Part shown: one piece after another, positions 53,022-64,000 of the stretch | How the letters are laid out: the number at the start of each line of letters is the position of its first letter | Numbering within the stretch: position 1 is the stretch's first letter | Assembly: GCA_030704615.1 (NCBI GenBank) | Contig: CM060731.1 | Span: 43,834,001-43,898,000 of the forward strand | Reading direction: 5' to 3' | DNA from: Takakia lepidozioides | Taxonomy: Eukaryota; Plantae; Bryophyta | Length of the DNA stretch: 64,000 bases | Program-made: the position numbers and the translations under genes | The notes under the pieces: model-generated | Seen by the model: only the letters and a program-made list of their open reading frames with translations | What the model was told of the DNA's origin: nothing | Database searches by the model: none

Positions 53022-53529
53022 TTTGGCTGGCCTGAGCTAACGACCGCCCGGGTGAATTATGGTATCGTGGGTACATTAAGGATTAATGACTCTCTCAATC
53101 GAGAACATCAACTCTCATCAAGTCAACTCAATCAACTTCACAGTCATGACGTCAACTCATGGACGAGACCCATTCTTCATCCAAAAATAGCGCGTGGATG
53201 AGCTAGTGAGGGTGAGATGGATGGATGATGGTGAGGTGCATGAAGCAGTTTGGATGAGGCAGGATACAACGGCCGTTCAACGGCGGCGGCCTGATCCCTC
53301 GTCTCAGGGATCTCTCTCTCTCTCTCTCTTTTCTTTCACTCTCTCATTTTAATTGGTGTCTACAAGACTGAAAGTAAAGACATAGAAAATGGCAACTGAT
53401 GAACAAGTCGCAAGCGAGAATAAAGATCTCAACGGAGATGACAAAATGGGGGAGCAAGTTGTTGGCGGATGATGAAGAAAATGAGGGGTTTATGATAAAT
53501 AATGAGAGGACTCAGTATGTGTACCACTC

Positions 53530-54180
53530 TTCCAGCCGTGGGAAAGGACAAATGTGTCCATGCTGACATAATCAAAGCTGGAATCTCACTTGATATCAGT
53601 CTGAAAACTGCCCTTGCTGATATGTATGCCAGTGCTCACCAGCTCCACCTGGAGGCTCAACCTCTTGTCATTGATTCTCATTATGCTTATGGCCCTCTAA
53701 GCAAAGATCTTCTTGCTGATTTATCCCTGCTTCTGCACCAGAAGCGGCAGGCCAGGTTGAATGGCCATGTCAAAGCTGGAATTGTTGTGGAGACCTATGA
53801 TCAAATGATGGGGGAAGGGGTGCAGCCCAACCACATCACGTGTGTGTGCATTTGCCATGCTTGTGCAAGCTTGGCAGCCCTGGAGAAGCGCAAAGATGTG
53901 CATGTTGACATCATCAAAGTTGGAGTGGTACCAAATGTTGTCTCCAGCCTCAAATTTGCACATAAGCTGCCAGGTATGTACACGTTCCCTGAATCATGTT
54001 GTTATCATCAAAGCTGGCATTATGCAAAATGTCAATCTGAAGACTGCCCTCTCTACCATGTATGCCAAATGCGGGAGCTTGAATGATGCAAGCCATGTGT
54101 TTGATGACACGCTTAAACAAGCTGGGTTCTCATGGAGTACAATGATAGCTGGATATGCTGAAAATGGATGCGGTACAATG
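53530..54180 (+). pseudogene. Further PLS-PPR fragments in the LINE 5' region
   Basis: VHADIIKAGI...TALADMYA; EGVQPNHITCV...ACASLAALEK; TALSTMYAKCGSLNDASHVF...SWSTMIAGYAENG. Confidence 0.75.
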
Positions 54181-56566
54181 GCTTTCTTGAACTCACGTCA
54201 TTGGAGGCCCTTGATAGAATTTCTTACAACTTATGAGCTCGATCACAGGAAGCTGATGGGGCAGCTACTTGATCGTGGTGTTATATTGAGAGATGGCAGG
54301 AACTCAGTTCTACCCATCATGTTCCATGTATGTCCCTCCCCAGGTTCTCATTATGCTTATGGCCTCTTGCTATGCATAACTGTTGCCTATACAATGCAAC
54401 CTCCCCCTCCTCTGTTTTCTGCCCCAGAGACCTATGCCCTGAATGCTGGCAATGAGGCCCTTTTAAATACACATAGCCAGGATTATGAACAGCCAGCCAC
54501 ATTACGCAGCCATACAAGCCCTTACTGGGATATGACTCGACCAGTCTTGTACGAGCACATTCTTGCTAAGGTAGGCTCCTGGCGAAAAGAACCTGGACAG
54601 GTCATGGTCGCATGCCATGCTAGTGCAAAAGACTGTGATATGAGCGGGGTTTGTGTCATCAAAATCTGCCTCCACATTCGAGACACCATCTCCAGCATTT
54701 GTCAAGACCTACCTAAACCCAAGGCTGCAAAAAGGTGGCCCAACTTACTGAAGAAGGAGGCCGGGCCACTGATCGGCCTTTGTCTATGATGAGAGCAAGG
54801 ATTCAAGCAATGAAGCAGTAGCATAAAGATCAAATATGCCACAGATCCGGACTGGGAGAGGTAGTTTGGAGAAGTGGGAGGGTAATTGCCCTGATCACGG
54901 TGCCGGCCATTTATGCCCCTATGTGTTGGATATATCAGCCAACACGTGACTACCTACATGTAACTCTCCATCATGCACCAACACCGCAAGTCAGACCATC
55001 CAGGAAAGTCACCTTACACGCTCTGTGTGCTGCCAACTTTACCACCCACTCCTATTGTCGAATGCCACTGTATGTGCTTGATACTTATAACATGAAATCT
55101 CAAACTCCACCTATGTTCCAGGAGCCTATACCTCCAATGCTGACATTATCCTGTCGACATCTGATACGACAACTATTGTTGTATGCGTCTGTGCAGCCGA
55201 CCACTTCTGCCACCAAGTGTTGCAAATATCCGCCAACAATCACCAATATGCCTACAATCTCCAGCCTGCACCAACACAAGGACATGCATCCAGGGAAGTG
55301 ACCTTAAATGCTCCAGTTGCTCCCTACTATAGATGTCAACTGTTGTTGTTCGTACTTAATACTGGTCCCATGAAATCTCACACTGCACATCTCTATGTCC
55401 TACGAACCTACACCCTCAATGCTGCCATCATCTTGTCAACTACTGGCTCCCTTTCCCTTCGCTTGAGAGAAAGCTACAATACTACCATCTACCCTAATTT
55501 ATGGTGCATTGTAAGGATGTCTGTACTGCAGCCCGCATGTGGATCACAAACCCCCGCCAACAATCAATTTCTGTTGCAAGCTGCTAGCCCCCTTCGACTT
55601 TGCCGATTGGAGTCCCTGCCTACCACCTTGCTCGTGTACTTCCCCGACTTGATGCGCTCCCTCACAGGCGCCAACCTACTGCGAAGCCCTGCGGCTCAAT
55701 TTTGCTGCACCGACCACCTATCAGATCATAGGCTTGTTAGATATTGAGCTACTGTTATCACTAGCTTATGTTGTAATTCCTGAGCACCCCCTCTGCTCAC
55801 ATTTATTCTTTCAATATGCCACAGCAAAGTCTTGGCCTCTCATCGTATCACAACGCTATACCCTTATTGGCTTCACTCACAAATCTCCATCTCTCATCCT
55901 CCACAACTTTAGACTCATCTTGTACTATATTTTTTCCAAATAAGCCCCCAACAAAGCTTCTCCATCTCATCGCAAAACGCCCCCTCAAGTGTCATATATC
56001 TGCCATATCTACACCCTCACATTTTCAGCCCCCTACCTCATCAATTCTTGTGATATCAAATCAATCACACGGTCTCTTCATCACCCCCTCTAGCATCCTA
56101 TTCCTGACAGCCATTTCTCCTCAACCTTCCCACCCTCTCAGCTGCCAAGCATCTACCACAATCCAGATCCACTTACCATCACCCAACCCTGCCACCACTC
56201 CACACTGTACCTCTATCCCACTATCTATATCAAGGCCCGCCGAACTCATTCATCCATGGATGTTGTCCACTTATCCTCTTTCCCCCACTCTAGTTAATTA
56301 TATACTCTCTACCCACCATACACCCATATTAAATTTTTATCCCCATCATGAGAGCTCATGTACAACAAACCTCCTTCATGACCCCTAGGCGAACCCACAC
56401 ACTAACCACAGGCAATACCTTCCCCCCACACACACAAGCAACTAGCTCCACTAGTACCCACTATGCTAACACCAACTCTACCCCCCTCATACACTTTCTC
56501 CACAACTATCCCCCATGCACCCCCACCCCTCACCTCCTCAAAATCACAATTTAACCCACTGCCCAC

Positions 56567-59500
56567 ATGGACGATATCACCAGAAACCCCTTGCAAAAAC
56601 ATTCCTCTCATCACCCACCATCCCACTTTGAGTCCTATCTACTTGCCTATGAAACGCTTACACTACTTCGCTGCGGCGACATCCACCAAAACCCAGGCCC
56701 CTATACCATCACTAACATCATCAACAAGCTTCCAAAGGATCATAAAGACAAATATGAATTATACTTCCAAACAGACACTATCACGCTTGTGCCTGCATAT
56801 CAACACCTTAGTGACCACTTCTCTCCATTTCTCCAACCCCTCCCAATAACCGTAAACCCACGCACCCAATTGCCACCTTTGGGCTCCCTACTTGCGAACA
56901 CCCATCCCTAGTCACTGCCACCCATAAACTTAGCACATACCCCCAACACCTACTACTCTCACTAATCGTTGTCATTTCTCCAATCCCTCAATATGCAATG
57001 ACTACTTTAGAACCCAACCAGACATACACAGTTTGCTACTACACCAATTGCATGAGCTACCCACACTACCTCATAGATACCTAGCACCCCCACACTACCT
57101 ACACAATCTCCACGAATCCCTTGACCTACTACAAGCCAAGCCCGGAGTAGTTCACAAGATTCTCGGCAAACACCTAGCGCACCCAGCTGCTACCATACAC
57201 AAGCTAGATACTCTCGCCAACAAATTCCCATTCCTTTCCAAAAATATTCTCACTACAACCCTCCATGCCAAGACAAGCATCCCTGGATATCAACCCCTTC
57301 CCATGATGCCGCCACCAATCATCACACATTGTTTGCCCCAACACACCAATGACCCACCTCCAACACCCCCTAGATCAACAGTCCCCCACACACCCCCCTC
57401 CCAGCAAGCACACGCACTCAACATACTCACCTGGAATGTAGGGTCACTTGCTACCAGCATTCAAAGCCTTATCCATCTAATGGACTCTACACCTCCGCAT
57501 ATCATTCTATTACAAGAAACTAAACTCAACAAACACGGCCCTAACAGCTCCTACATCAACAATCTCCTTCCAGCCTACTATTTGCTATATGGCAGTTCCT
57601 TCACAGCCGCACAATGCCTACTTAGACGCTCCGCGCCATATCATCCCACTCGAAGTGGCTTTTGGTATCCTTCGCACACATCACTCCCCTAGCACCACGG
57701 TCAAAATACCTGTTGCTCTCTCCTCCGATCACACCTTCAAATCATCAAACTACACCTCCCCGCTATCCTCCCCATTATCCTTATCCACTTGTACATGCCC
57801 TCACATGCCGAAGATCTCCCCCTGATCCCTGCTATCATCACCATCTCTAACACACTCACACAACCCTCCAATCAATCCCAGCACTACATCCTAGCAGGCG
57901 ATTTCAACAAGGACATTGCCCTCATGGGCCACACATACAATGGTGCTCACAAACCTCCATCCCCCGTTGACCATGAATGGGCAAAATTCACTCACTCACA
58001 CCACCTCCGTTATATACCAGCCGATCACCATTACTCTAGACAAGGTGGACTTAACTACTCATCCCTCAGTCTTCTTGATGGTTTCTACTTCAAGACACAA
58101 AATGACATCCCCTCATACCTCAACAGTCATGTACACATTAATAGTTTATGCAACTCATACCATTATCCCGTCTCAGTCACCATCCCCTTTTGATCTATCC
58201 CACCCATACATGTCTACTACGCCACAATCTAGAACGTATCCCCACTTCCCCACAATAACATAATCGCCTTTCTAAAACACTTCCAGCCAACATCCTTACA
58301 CTCAAGACCTCCGATATACCTCCAAAGCAAACCTCGCGCAGTCCCCTATCAAAGCATGGAACGACGCCGAGACCATACTCACAACTAATGACCAAAAGTG
58401 TGATTGCCACTTGTTCTGCCCCCCTTGAAATCCCACAACTGCACGCTCAAAAACAAATGGTGGCTACCTTACCCGTACTCAAAAACGTATATGGACATCA
58501 CATTAACACATACAACGATCAGGCGTGCCCTCGCTATTTATCCCACCATACCCCCCCTTCACCAGGGGAACAAATGGGACATCGGATCACGTATCACTTG
58601 CCTAAATACCTTAAAACGTGTCAAGTACTAATGCCACCACCTGCCATCTTCAAGATATTCCAAAATGGACAGCTGCTCTCCAAAGTTGGCAGAGATGCCA
58701 AAAAAATCGCTTACAATATTACCAACAAAAAGCTGTCGACAATCCAAACATTCGTCTCATCTTTTAACCAATGCTACGCGACCACACCCAAAAAGCTCAC
58801 AAAACCATCTTTAACCCTGCCTCAACCCACCCATTGACTGTCTCAACACAGACATGACACTTGCTAACCAATTCAACGGACATCAACCAAGAAATATGGT
58901 CACAAGCATCCTCATCATACACACAGTTCCAAACAAATCATCCCCGTCTCCACTCTGCCAATTGTATGTGTAAAGCTAAACTATCCGTGGCATGATATAG
59001 ATGGCGTCTCGATTGACAATAGAGGATCCCCCCAGAATCGCATCCTAGACTTATTCACAATTGATCTTTACGAATCATGTCTCAAAAACTATCAAAATCT
59101 AAAGCCTCGGGCCCCGATTTTATACCCAATGCTATACTTTGAGCATTAAACCCTCAAGTTCACTCCTCCTTTTTAAATTCTTTCAACTCTGTTAAAAACT
59201 AAAACGAATCCCACACTCCTGGAAACACAGCCGGACCATTTTACTCTCAAAAAAGGTGATCCTATAGAATCTCAGTATTACAGACCCATAGCACTGGCCA
59301 ACACCATATACAAGCTATTCACCAGTACGTCACCATAAGCTATCAAGATATGGCGCAACACCAATTCTCGTGACTCAAGAAACACATGAAGATGTACTTA
59401 AAGCAAGACATCTATCTTCTATATATCGATAAAAATGCATTTGCTCCCTAGATTACTTGCTATCATGCTTGATCGTGGTACCCCATGCCGATAATAGGAA

Positions 59501-62500
59501 GCAAACACCACTAGGACTGATAGGCGCACCTTGCCTACCTCCCCTTGTGGAACCCATCCGGTCCCCCCTGCCTACTCTTATCCCCTAGACTTCGCTGGCT
59601 TCCAAGCTTGGTCTCCTGCAAGACTCTATCTTGACCAGCTTCTGCATTAAAAAAAATCACCTGGCACCCATATTCCATCAGCCATCCCTATCCTTCGACG
59701 TTCACACAGTCCTCCCAACCTAGCCCAACACACTTCTACCCTTCCACAACTTACTACGAATACACATTAGCGGCTCGCACATCTATCTCCACAACTTAAA
59801 GCTTGCTCTGCTCAACCCCCTTCAACTTAATATCATTTCACTACCAAATGCTGTCCCCTTCCCTATAGCCCATCAAACTTGATAATTATCCAACATGTGT
59901 ACCTACCCACTAGCCCCCCCTCACCCAACTACCACCTCAACATTGGCAGCCATTAATATTAATCTCGCACATCCTCCCCATAAAAAAGAACAGCATCCCC
60001 TTCTTATTTTCGGGCCTTCAACTTACCTTGCATCTAAAACAATCCTGCACTTTCTCACTGAACCACAATACACTCCGCACGCACTACTACTCTGCGCCAA
60101 ATGAATTAGCATATCTGATCTGCTGACTATATCACCCTCATCATCTTAGAACCGCATGGCTTACAAGCCCTCTCTACACACAAATTTTTTATCCCAAACA
60201 AAGGTCCCTCTCACATATTTCAAAAAGACATCCCCACCTCACCCAACTTACGCCCTCACCAAACTATTATTGCCTTAAATTCCTGAGCCACGACCAAACA
60301 TCGCTATTACTCAACTTCGTCCTTCATCCCCCCGACCTATGCTACCATCGCCATCCATCTAAAACCCCTCCCTACAAAAAGAATTATCTCAAGTAACCCT
60401 AACAACACACCGCACCATCATCCCACCACCCTCAAAGGATCCCACACCCCCTAACCACCGCACCATCCCCCCCATCCTCACCACAATACGACGACAATAA
60501 CAATGCTTACATCATTGAAGCTATACTAGGAGTTAAGACCCAAACGTCCACTAATGTCTTTGGAGCCACCTGCATTGATACATACTATCACTGTCAATGG
60601 GCTGGGTACTCTTCCGCAGATAACACATGGCAGATAGAAGACGACCTCTTCGGCCTACATGACGATTGCGACCCTGAACACAATCTTGCCCTCCTCACCA
60701 ACTTCCATAAACAAACCAACACCAACTATCTAACACATATGCACCAACAACACACCACTCCCGCCCAACCTACAGATAACAGATATATACACCAACCACT
60801 CTATGCCCCCAACGTGCACATCTGCATAACTGAATGTAATCCTGACAAAGATGTCAAGCATGATCAACCTCTAATCCACATGGGCCCCCGCCTTTCCAAC
60901 ATTTACGCTCAACACGGCTGCTTCATTGGCCTCATCCCCAATACAAGACTAACATGGCTCTGGGAGAAATACTCTACTACTACCTCATCCCCACAATCGC
61001 TACAACCCCCGAAACAAGACTTTGCTACCGAGTTATATTGGCTGGTTGATCGCTACCTCAAAGACACTCCCCCCAAGAAACCGCGGTCCCTTACTAAATT
61101 GGAAATAGCATGTGCGCACCATACTATACCCCAAGATATTCTCTCCTTATTTATCAACACATTCCAACTTACTCACTCATATTACTCCAACCTACTGACA
61201 TGCCCTATGACATTGCCCACATTCTCTAGCCCGCACCACAGAGAGTGTATCTTTGGAGCCACTGGTACTACCACCCAACACACCTGGGAAGGCCGGGGCC
61301 TTGCCCACCCTCCACCTGGTTCTCCTTCTCACGAAGCTCTTCAATGGGCAAAATTTGCTTCGCACTTCTCTCCTACCACATCTACAATCCTCATCCTCAC
61401 ACAACAAAACACTCCTAATATCTCTCACCCTCTTCTACAACTCCCAGAAGGGGTCAATCTACTCGCCACAATTGACCCAAACCAACTTAAGTATATTCAC
61501 ACCCCTCCTCTTCCCAAATATCTCAAACGGAAAAAACCCACCATAACCCTGATTCTACACATCCAAAACCCTCGGCATACAACCATACCGCCATCTTTCT
61601 TTTCTTAGCTCAAACAATTGCTCACCATCACTCATAAAATAAAGGCCACCATCTATTATCCAATCATCCTCTCCCACACCCATACACCCACCACATTGTC
61701 CCGGATCAAAACCAACAAAGCTTGGAACATTGCGACACCACGCCCTTCCCAGGTCGCGCCAACAACCTCTACCCCCAATCCCTGCAATATATCAACAAAA
61801 CACCATCCTCAAATACCCACTGGCCAATTCACATTACACTGACGGATCCCTCACCAAACCTAATGCATGGTATGGAATCTATCACGCTGGCACCAGTCAA
61901 GGTGTTGCTCTCAGGCTCCCTGGCCCTGCTACCATCCTCCGGGCTGAACTCATGGCCATTTATGATGCCCTCTCTCTACTTGACACCTTCCCCCCCCCCA
62001 CACTACATCTTCACCGACAGCCTTACCTCACTATTCCTCATTCGCAACCACATCTCCCACCCCTCTACCCATCATCATCACCCCGACCGCAACCTCATTA
62101 CCGCTATTGTCCAGAGGGCCATCTCCCTAGGCCACCCAGTCCATATACTCAAAGTCCGTTCGCATACTAGCATCCATGGTAATGAAGAAGCAGACCTACT
62201 CACCCAACTCGGCGCCTCCCAACCCATAGTTGAACCCTCGATCGACCCTATTCACATCGCCCACACCCATCCCTTCTGGTTCATACACCCCATTCCGGAC
62301 CCCCCTGTACCCAGATCAGTCCGAAACCTCCTGACCACTCTGACCAGAGAAGCAAATAAACAAGCGGCAACCTCCATCAGCCATACCAAAGTACACATCC
62401 AAAAATGGACTCAATCCAATGTTCTGCACCATAAACTCTCCAATCATTTCTGGCTAACCAAAGCCACCACTGACGCACAAATCCGACAAACACTCAAATT

Positions 62501-63234
62501 CCGATATGCCCAATACATGGGCCACCAGCGCAAACACATCTTCTTGCCACATCTGTTCCCATCCCCATACTGCCCGTTATGTGCAACCACCCACCAAGCT
62601 CGTGACACTTGGCCACATCTCCTCAGCCAATGTACACACCCAGTTATACATGGTTTGCATATCACGCGTCATAACCAGGCAGTCTGGCACCTCCATAAGC
62701 TCTTTCTAAAACGTGCTGAAACCCGTTGGTTCTTGCTCATGAATGCAGGCACCTACCAGGGACGGCCACCCGATCACACAGTACTACCATGGCTACTACC
62801 ATGCATATGTACCCGATCACCATGCTCGTGCCCCGCTCGACTTTGCCCGGACATACTCCTCGTCCAAGGTCTACCTATCAACACTTTACCCCCCACCACA
62901 CCATCCCCACAACTCACCATCCATTTCATTGAATTCACATTTTGCCATGATCGTTATCCAAACGATTCAATCTTAGAAAAACGTCAAAAATATGCCCCGC
63001 TTATCCTTGCACTCCGAAGGCGTGGCTGGAAAACGGGCCCGTTAACCGTCATCACAGCCGACACTCGAGGTGGCATTCATAACGCCAGTATCATGGACAT
63101 ACACGATAACTTTCAAATTCCCATTCTTCCCATCCACAAATGTTTAAGAAATCCATCTCACGGCACTCCGTTCACTCACAACTATTATCACCAACAAACG
63201 CCAACTGGAATCCGGCACTTCAAATGCACCTTAG
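56567..63234 (+). pseudogene. LINE polyprotein (frameshifted): 2A-like motif, APE, RT, chromodomain, PCIF1-like segment, RNase H, CCHC, RLE
   Basis: LLRCGDIHQNPGP; ILTWNVGSL, ILLQETKL, YMP, LAGDFN; SGPD, WKHS.TILLSKKGD, YRPIALANTIYKLF, LYID; YIIEAIL..WAGYSSADNTW; YTDGS, RAELMAI, FTDSL, KVRSH..IHGNEEAD; CPLC..H....C; RHN, PDI, IEF, KRQKY. Confidence 0.88.
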
Positions 63235-63412
63235 GTCCCCCAGGATACCCCTGGGTACCTAGGGGTACCCTCGCCCCCTCTATTCTTAACGGTCACCTGG
63301 TGTCCCCCTGGACACTTTTTTGTTATAGGGCCCACCTCCGAAAAGGGGCAATAGCCGCAAGGTGAAGTGGCTCTTAGTTACGCCGGCCTCAGCCGGAGTC
63401 TTCTCTCTTCTC

Positions 63413-64000
63413 TCCACTACAAACCGGGACGGGACAACATGGTGGCCGATGCTTTAAGTAGAAAGCAGCAGCTCATGTTGGTGTACAGGGGCGAGACGGC
63501 GCTCCAAAGAAAGATCCGAAAGGCTTACCGGAAGGATGAGACGGCGAAGTCCGTGATGCAGGACTTAAGGTTGGGGGTTAAATCGCAGTTCCACTTGCAC
63601 AATGGACTGCTCCGGTACAAGCAAAAGCGTCTCTACATGCCGAAGGGAGGGATCAGAGATAGTCTCTTGAGAGAATGCCATGATAGCCTGCTTGTGGGCC
63701 ACGGTAGAGCCAAACACAACGCGACACTCTTGAAGAAAGAGTATTTCTGGCCCAAACTGATAGAGGAGGCCGAGGAGTATGTCAAGACATGCACCACATG
63801 CCAACAAAACCGGAGCGAGTATAAAAGCAAGCGGGGCTGTTACAACCCTTGCCGATTCCAGAGGGGTCTTGGGAAAGTGTCTCGATGGATTTCATGACTG
63901 CTTTGCCGCTGTCAAAAGGATTCGATGCAATCATGGGGGTGGTGGATAGGTTCAGTAAAATGGACCATTTCATTCCCACCAAGGAGACGAGGCGACTTTA
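63413..64000 (+). pseudogene. Gypsy RH-INT junction and integrase N-terminus, resuming after the LINE
   Basis: HYKPGRDNMVADALSR, the HHCC finger (CHDS..VGH...CTTC) and SMDFMT.LP...[12 protein letters not shown]. Confidence 0.92.

Larger units (their letters stand above)
38785..63412 (+). mobile_element. Large dual-endonuclease (Dualen/RandI-like) non-LTR retrotransposon, ~12.8 kb after removing the nested CACTA
   Basis: 13-bp TSD TCCACTACAAACC (38772-38784, 63413-63425) splits the Gypsy motif IHYKP/GRDNMVADALSR. TC-rich 3' tail. APE, RT, RNase H, CCHC and RLE motifs inside. Confidence 0.88.
32850..64000 (+). mobile_element. Ty3/Gypsy LTR retrotransposon, disrupted by nested insertions, continuing past the window end
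   Basis: 5' LTR, PBS, gag, CCHC, protease, RT, RNase H and integrase occur in Gypsy order (RT-RH-INT). Confidence 0.93.

Noticed and set aside
61990-61999. Programmed frameshift within the LINE RNase H
   Set aside because: The shift falls in a poly-C run in mid-domain, so a homopolymer indel (mutation or sequencing error) is more likely.
63325-63375. Hammerhead or HDV-like ribozyme in the LINE 3' UTR
   Set aside because: Stems are present, but there is no CUGANGA/GAAA core and no recognisable HDV nested pseudoknot.

Overview
This is land-plant nuclear DNA. The PLS-PPR sequence style suggests a seedless plant, which is an inference. The left ~24 kb holds the 3' end of an unidentified spliced gene (+), a 3-exon DUF506 gene (-), a long G-box-rich intergenic region and an 8-exon MAEA/GID9 gene (-). 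Five 5'-truncated copies of one small LINE family occur in the window, four of them in GA-rich or GT/GA microsatellite tracts. The 24-33 kb stretch is decayed repeat and pseudogene material. From 32850 to the window end lies one Ty3/Gypsy element (5' LTR, PBS-Met, gag, PR, RT, RH, INT) with nested insertions. (i) A 2.4-kb TIR element in gag carries PLS-PPR and DYW fragments. (ii) A non-LTR element (38785-63412, 13-bp TSD, ~12.8 kb net) sits at the RH/INT junction. (iii) An 11.85-kb CACTA element (TSD TAG) lies inside that LINE and encodes an FCP1-like phosphatase domain. (iv) A small LINE fragment lies inside the CACTA. The highlight is the large LINE, which has dual-endonuclease (Dualen/RandI-like) architecture. 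In order it shows an open PPR tandem-repeat ORF, a 2A/StopGo-like motif, APE, a decayed RT, a chromodomain, a PCIF1-like N6-adenine methyltransferase-like segment, RNase H, a CCHC finger and a restriction-like endonuclease. All domain calls are by-eye motif recognition; no searches were run.
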